Position numbers and translations under genes: made by a program
In this document: positions 60,301-64,000 of the stretch, piece by piece
Layout: every line of letters begins with the position of its first letter
Position numbering within the stretch: position 1 is the stretch's first letter
Source of the DNA: Myxococcota bacterium
Lineage (GTDB): Bacteria; Myxococcota_A; UBA9160; SZUA-336
Assembly (NCBI GenBank): GCA_965247115.1
Contig: CBDFGR010000002.1
Span: 288,001-352,000, forward strand
Length of the DNA stretch: 64,000 nucleotides
Direction of reading: 5' to 3'
Notes under the pieces: model-generated
What the model was told of the DNA's origin: nothing
The model's input: the letters and a program-made list of their open reading frames with translations, nothing else
The model's database searches: none

Positions 60301-61455
60301 TTACGCTCCCTTGGTTGTCTTGCCACTGGTGTCCAGCCCCAATAGCTCCTTGCCGAAATCCTCATAGGAGCCATCCGAAATCATCGCATGCTGCGCAGAC
60401 ACCGTGAGGTCCCGGTGAATACGCTGCAGCACATTGCGGCTCGCCACCGCACCTGCACCTGCCTGGCGCAGCGCCCGGCCGCCAATCGCGAGCGAGCGTT
60501 CCGTGGCATGGGCACAGACCGCCCTGAGCTTTGCCGCTGCCGGCATGAGTCCGGCCGGGTCAACCTGGCTGATCCTTGTCATTTCTTTAGCAAGGCGTCT
60601 CACGCCGGCATAGAGGCTTTCCCACTCGGCCTCGAGCCTTCCGAGCTCCGTCTGAAAGCTCTGTTTGCTGGCCACCGACTGGGATTCCAGCAGACGGTAC
60701 TTCGACGCGGCCTGCTCGGTTACCTCGTCAAGCGCCCGGCGGGCACCACCCAGCGACACCGAGGCGTGTTCGATGGGCAGTCTCGGTCCCGGGTCGCTTT
60801 TTCGCCAGCCGCTACGCGGTGTCTTCGTCAGGACAAGCCGCTCGGGCACGAACGCCTCGAACACCGAGTAGCTGCTGCTGCCCGAGCCACACAATCCGGC
60901 CACGTACCAGTCATCGTGAATCTGCACCTCTGCGATCGGGACCACCAGACCCACGGATGTTTCGGATCCGGCGACCAGGCAATTGGCGACAATATAGCTC
61001 GCATGATGAATACCGCTGCCAAATCCCCATTTGCCGCTCGCGACGTAGCCGCCCTCGACGGTCCGTGCTTCACCGGATGGCTTGAGTGAGCCTGCGGCGA
61101 CAGGCAGGCGCTTCGGCCAGTGCTCTTGCGAGAACACCTCCTTTAGACCTTCGTCCGGCAAGCCGGTTGCCATCATCGCCGTCGCCGTATTGCCGATCAT
61201 CATCGTCCAGCAGGCCGACATGTCGGCCCGCGCCACCGCGATCATGACATCGATCTGGGTCACCAGGTCGGCATCGTAGCCGCCGCGTTCGCTCGGTACC
61301 CAGAGGCCAAAGAGCCCGGCTTCATGCAGCGCATTCACGGCTTCGGAACACAACGTGCGCAGTGCTTCCGATTTCGCCGCCGTTTCATCCAACAGGGAGA
61401 AAATGTCAGCCACTCGTGCCAGCAGCGCTTCCCGGGTGGGAAGTGACGTGTTCAT
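60301..61455 (-). CDS. Acyl-CoA dehydrogenase-fold flavin monooxygenase (HsaA-like oxygenase component)
   Basis: LHEAGLF..VP..RGG, SGKWGFGSG, DDWYVAGLCGSGS, LQRIHRD...QH. Confidence 0.85.
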   Translation of the reverse strand: MNTSLPTREALLARVADIFSLLDETAAKSEALRTLCSEAVNALHEAGLFGLWVPSERGGYDADLVTQIDVMIAVARADMSACWTMMIGNTATAMMATGLPDEGLKEVFSQEHWPKRLPVAAGSLKPSGEARTVEGGYVASGKWGFGSGIHHASYIVANCLVAGSETSVGLVVPIAEVQIHDDWYVAGLCGSGSSSYSVFEAFVPERLVLTKTPRSGWRKSDPGPRLPIEHASVSLGGARRALDEVTEQAASKYRLLESQSVASKQSFQTELGRLEAEWESLYAGVRRLAKEMTRISQVDPAGLMPAAAKLRAVCAHATERSLAIGGRALRQAGAGAVASRNVLQRIHRDLTVSAQHAMISDGSYEDFGKELLGLDTSGKTTKGA

Positions 61456-61505
61456 TGCCCGGCCTCCTTGCGGCGCGGAGCATCATAGTCCTCACGCGGC
61501 CGAGC

Positions 61506-61531
61506 TGGAAGGCGGGAATCAAACCCGCGTC
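61506..61531 (-). other. Degenerate tmRNA/tRNA T-arm 3'-end remnant
   Basis: Minus strand reads GACGCGGGTTTGATTCCCGCCTTCCA versus the ssrA-type GACGCGGGTTCGATTCCCGCCnnCTCCA; intergenic. Confidence 0.5.
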
Positions 61532-61580
61532 TGCGTGCGTCGCCCCGTAGCTGGGGCGGCCTCTCGATCGAGGGGTGACG

Positions 61581-62540
61581 TTACCTAGGTGCGAGCCCTC
61601 GCGCCGTTTCCATGGCGTCGACCACGCCGGGCTCCAGATCGAACACCACCGTATCGACCCCATTGTCGACGTAACGCTGAACCTTCTCCCGAACTTCCTC
61701 CATCGGGCCGTGCGCCACCAGCGAGTCCACGAAGGCGTCCGGAATCGCGGCGGCGGCACCCTTGCGGTCGCGCGTCTTCCACTTGTCCCAGCACTCGCGC
61801 AGCTCGTCCCCGTGTCCCATCCACTCCTGGGCGGCGGCGTAGCTGGGTGCGTTCAGATACTCGTTGAGCCCCGCGCGCCACATCTCGCGCACCTTGTCCA
61901 CGTCTTGGTTCGGGGACACGTAGACGTTGCAGATGATCTCCGCGTTCGGGTTCTTCGCCTTCACGTGGGGGACAATCTGCTTGATGTCCTCGGCCGAGAC
62001 GTTGTTGAGGACGGCACCATCGCCGAGCTCGCCCGAGAGCCCCAACATCCTGGGGCGGACCGCGCCGATCACGATCGGCGGCGGCTGCTCGATCTTCGCC
62101 GCCAGCTGAAAGCGCTTCACAGTGAAGGTCTCGTACTCCTCGTCCACCTTCTCCCCGGCAAGGGCCGCGCGCAGGAAGCTGAGCGTGTCGCGCACCCGGG
62201 CGTAGGGCTTCACGTAGGGTACGCCGTTCCAGTTCTCAACGATAGTCTTGGTGGAAGCGCCGATGCCGGCGACCACCCGCCCCGGGGCAGCCTGGCAGAG
62301 CCCCGCGATGGACATGGCCAGGATCGCGGCGCCGCGGGTATAGGCCTGGGCGATGCCGAGACCCAGACGAACCGTCGGCGCGTAGGTCGAGGCCACGGCC
62401 AGGGGCGTGAAGGCGTCGAGCACGTAGTTCTCGTTGGACCAGATGTCGGTGTAGCCGAGGTCGGGAATCTCCCGGAGCGAAGGCCCCAACGCGTGCAGCG
62501 GTTCGACAAAACTCGAGAGTGTGATCCCGTAGCGGGCCAG
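61581..62540 (-). CDS. LLM-class probable F420-dependent oxidoreductase, apparent CTG start
   Basis: (M)ARYGITL...LGYTDIWS.E...DAFTPLA, GIGAS..IVENWNG; AGGAGG lies 7 nt before the CTG at 62540. Confidence 0.85.
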   Translation of the reverse strand: MARYGITLSSFVEPLHALGPSLREIPDLGYTDIWSNENYVLDAFTPLAVASTYAPTVRLGLGIAQAYTRGAAILAMSIAGLCQAAPGRVVAGIGASTKTIVENWNGVPYVKPYARVRDTLSFLRAALAGEKVDEEYETFTVKRFQLAAKIEQPPPIVIGAVRPRMLGLSGELGDGAVLNNVSAEDIKQIVPHVKAKNPNAEIICNVYVSPNQDVDKVREMWRAGLNEYLNAPSYAAAQEWMGHGDELRECWDKWKTRDRKGAAAAIPDAFVDSLVAHGPMEEVREKVQRYVDNGVDTVVFDLEPGVVDAMETARGLAPR

Positions 62541-62573
62541 CGGATTTCCTCCTGGTGTGAGCCGTTGGGGCGG

Positions 62574-63416
62574 CTACTGCGGAGCTGCTCCTGCACCGAT
62601 CACCACTTCAAACTCCGTTTCCAACCCAGATGAGTTCTCGAACCGCCCCAAGAAGTTGCGCACTTCCGACCAGGCCACACTTCGTGCCTGCTCAGATAGC
62701 TCTGCCACCGCAGCACGATAAACGCCAAAGGCGCTCCGCATCATTTGTAACGCCGCATCCGCCGAATCAAGGCTCAGACGCACCCGCATCAACTCCGTCT
62801 CGACCTCGATGTAACCGCTCTCAGCGAAAGTGCTCTCAAGCAATCCTGGAGCGCCCAACGCGAAGATACCCGGCTGCCCAGGAGGCGGCGGCTCCTTCCC
62901 CGCGTGACGGAGCAGTATCCCCAGCGGACCCGACATAAACGGGTTGTTCGGTGGCGTCGTGAACACCAATGCGGCGAACCTCCCGCCGGGCCTTAGCGAG
63001 CGACGAACCGCCGTCGCAGCGCACCGAGGATCGGGGAACAACATGAGCCCTAACCGACAGATCGCCGCGTCGAAATCGTGCGAGACGTCAAGGTCTTCCG
63101 CCGCGCATTCAAGGGTCCTGATATTCGAGACGCCCTGTTGCTCGGCCTTCTTAGAAACCTGGCTCAGCATCGTAGCTGAGATGTCACTGGCGACTATCGC
63201 GCCGTCTGCCCCTACGCGTTCGGCGGCCTGAAATGTCTGGCTACCCGCACCGCAGGCCAAGTCGAGCACCTTGGCACCTGGGGCCACCGCAGCGATATCG
63301 AGCATCTGGGCCGTCGCGTCACGAAATCCCGACGCGAACAGCTCCTCCCAAGTCGCCCACCCCAGTGCGGCGGCCTCCCATGTCTTACGTGCGTCGGCCT
63401 TTGTAAGCCTTGCCAT
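62574..63416 (-). CDS. Class I SAM-dependent methyltransferase
   Basis: VLDLACGAG, SDIS, FDAAICRLGLMLFPDP, LRPGGR. Start 63416 or 63425. Confidence 0.92.
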   Translation of the reverse strand: MARLTKADARKTWEAAALGWATWEELFASGFRDATAQMLDIAAVAPGAKVLDLACGAGSQTFQAAERVGADGAIVASDISATMLSQVSKKAEQQGVSNIRTLECAAEDLDVSHDFDAAICRLGLMLFPDPRCAATAVRRSLRPGGRFAALVFTTPPNNPFMSGPLGILLRHAGKEPPPPGQPGIFALGAPGLLESTFAESGYIEVETELMRVRLSLDSADAALQMMRSAFGVYRAAVAELSEQARSVAWSEVRNFLGRFENSSGLETEFEVVIGAGAAPQ

Positions 63417-63557
63417 TCTTGCCATCCGCTGCGGAGACCAGGGTACGTGACGTGGAGTGCGGAGAGCAAGCGCTTTAGCCCCCGCCAAACGGCGGGAGTC
63501 AAAACGAAAAGTATGTGCGCACGTGAAACTGAGTCGCTCTTTCGGCATCGCCGAGCT

Positions 63558-64000
63558 CTAGCTAGTGCGGCTGCGGCGGCGGCTCGGGCGGCGGCTCGAC
63601 GAGCCGCGGCGACTGCTTCGCGAACGCCCGCTTGCTTTCGGCTGTCCACCGCGAGCGCGTCCTTTGGGTGCGCGGCGAGTCTCCGGCTTAGCCCCGGTAT
63701 CGGGCTCGAAGCCCTCAACGTGTCGGCGCTGGATCGGCGCGCCAATCATCCGTTCGGTTGCACGCACCCAGTCGCGGTCATCGCTGGTGACAAACGTGCA
63801 GGCAATGCCCTCTTGCTCGGCACGGCCGGTGCGGCCAATGCGGTGAGTGTAGGCCCCGGGCGTGTTGGGAACGTCGAAGTTGATCACGTACGAGACATCG
63901 CTCACATCGATGCCGCGCGCCGCGATATCGGTAGCCACCAGGACGTCGTAGCGACGCGACCGAAACCCTTGCATGGCCCGGTCGCGTTGCGGTTGAGACA
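63558..64000 (-). CDS. DEAD-box RNA helicase, C-terminal part (RhlE-like; 5' end outside the window)
   Basis: LVATDIAARGID, VINFD, YTHRIGRTGRA, Arg/Ser-rich tail. Confidence 0.93.
   Translation of the reverse strand, partial: SQPQRDRAMQGFRSRRYDVLVATDIAARGIDVSDVSYVINFDVPNTPGAYTHRIGRTGRAEQEGIACTFVTSDDRDWVRATERMIGAPIQRRHVEGFEPDTGAKPETRRAPKGRARGGQPKASGRSRSSRRGSSSRRPSRRRSRTS

Noticed and set aside
63481..63503. CCCGCC-AAAC-GGCGGG hairpin, and GGCGGGAGTCAAA similar to the 61511 motif
   Set aside because: Short GC stem without a U-tract; the similarity is too short to call a terminator or att site.

Overview
High-GC, Gram-negative bacterial DNA (an outer-membrane beta-barrel and periplasmic/Tat proteins are present). 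The gene repertoire suggests a Myxococcota/Binatia-like deltaproteobacterium, which is an inference only. The window is a dense patchwork of about 55 mostly catabolic genes: a P450, acyl-CoA dehydrogenases, LLM/F420 oxidoreductases, TauD dioxygenases, VOC proteins, a BVMO, a hydantoinase A/B pair, an N,N-dimethylformamidase pair, amidases and a thiolase/DUF35 pair, plus fhs, a UvrD-family helicase, trkH and a partial DEAD-box helicase. I found no rRNA, intact tRNA or CRISPR array. Most notable: (1) a DUF222/HNH nuclease gene bracketed by two covarying perfect 20-bp palindromes in inverted arrangement (candidate REP-associated mobile element); (2) a translationally coupled cytochrome c / Tat PLP enzyme / Tat FAD oxidase operon resembling Pseudomonas sphBCD sphingosine detoxification; (3) a His/CxCxC leader ORF whose stop region can pair with the SD of a downstream His-rich beta-barrel (CruR/CutF-like metal-sensing leader); (4) two tmRNA 3'-end remnants about 31 kb apart; (5) an LLM gene that appears to start at CTG; (6) two gene remnants. 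All family calls come from motif recognition, not database searches.
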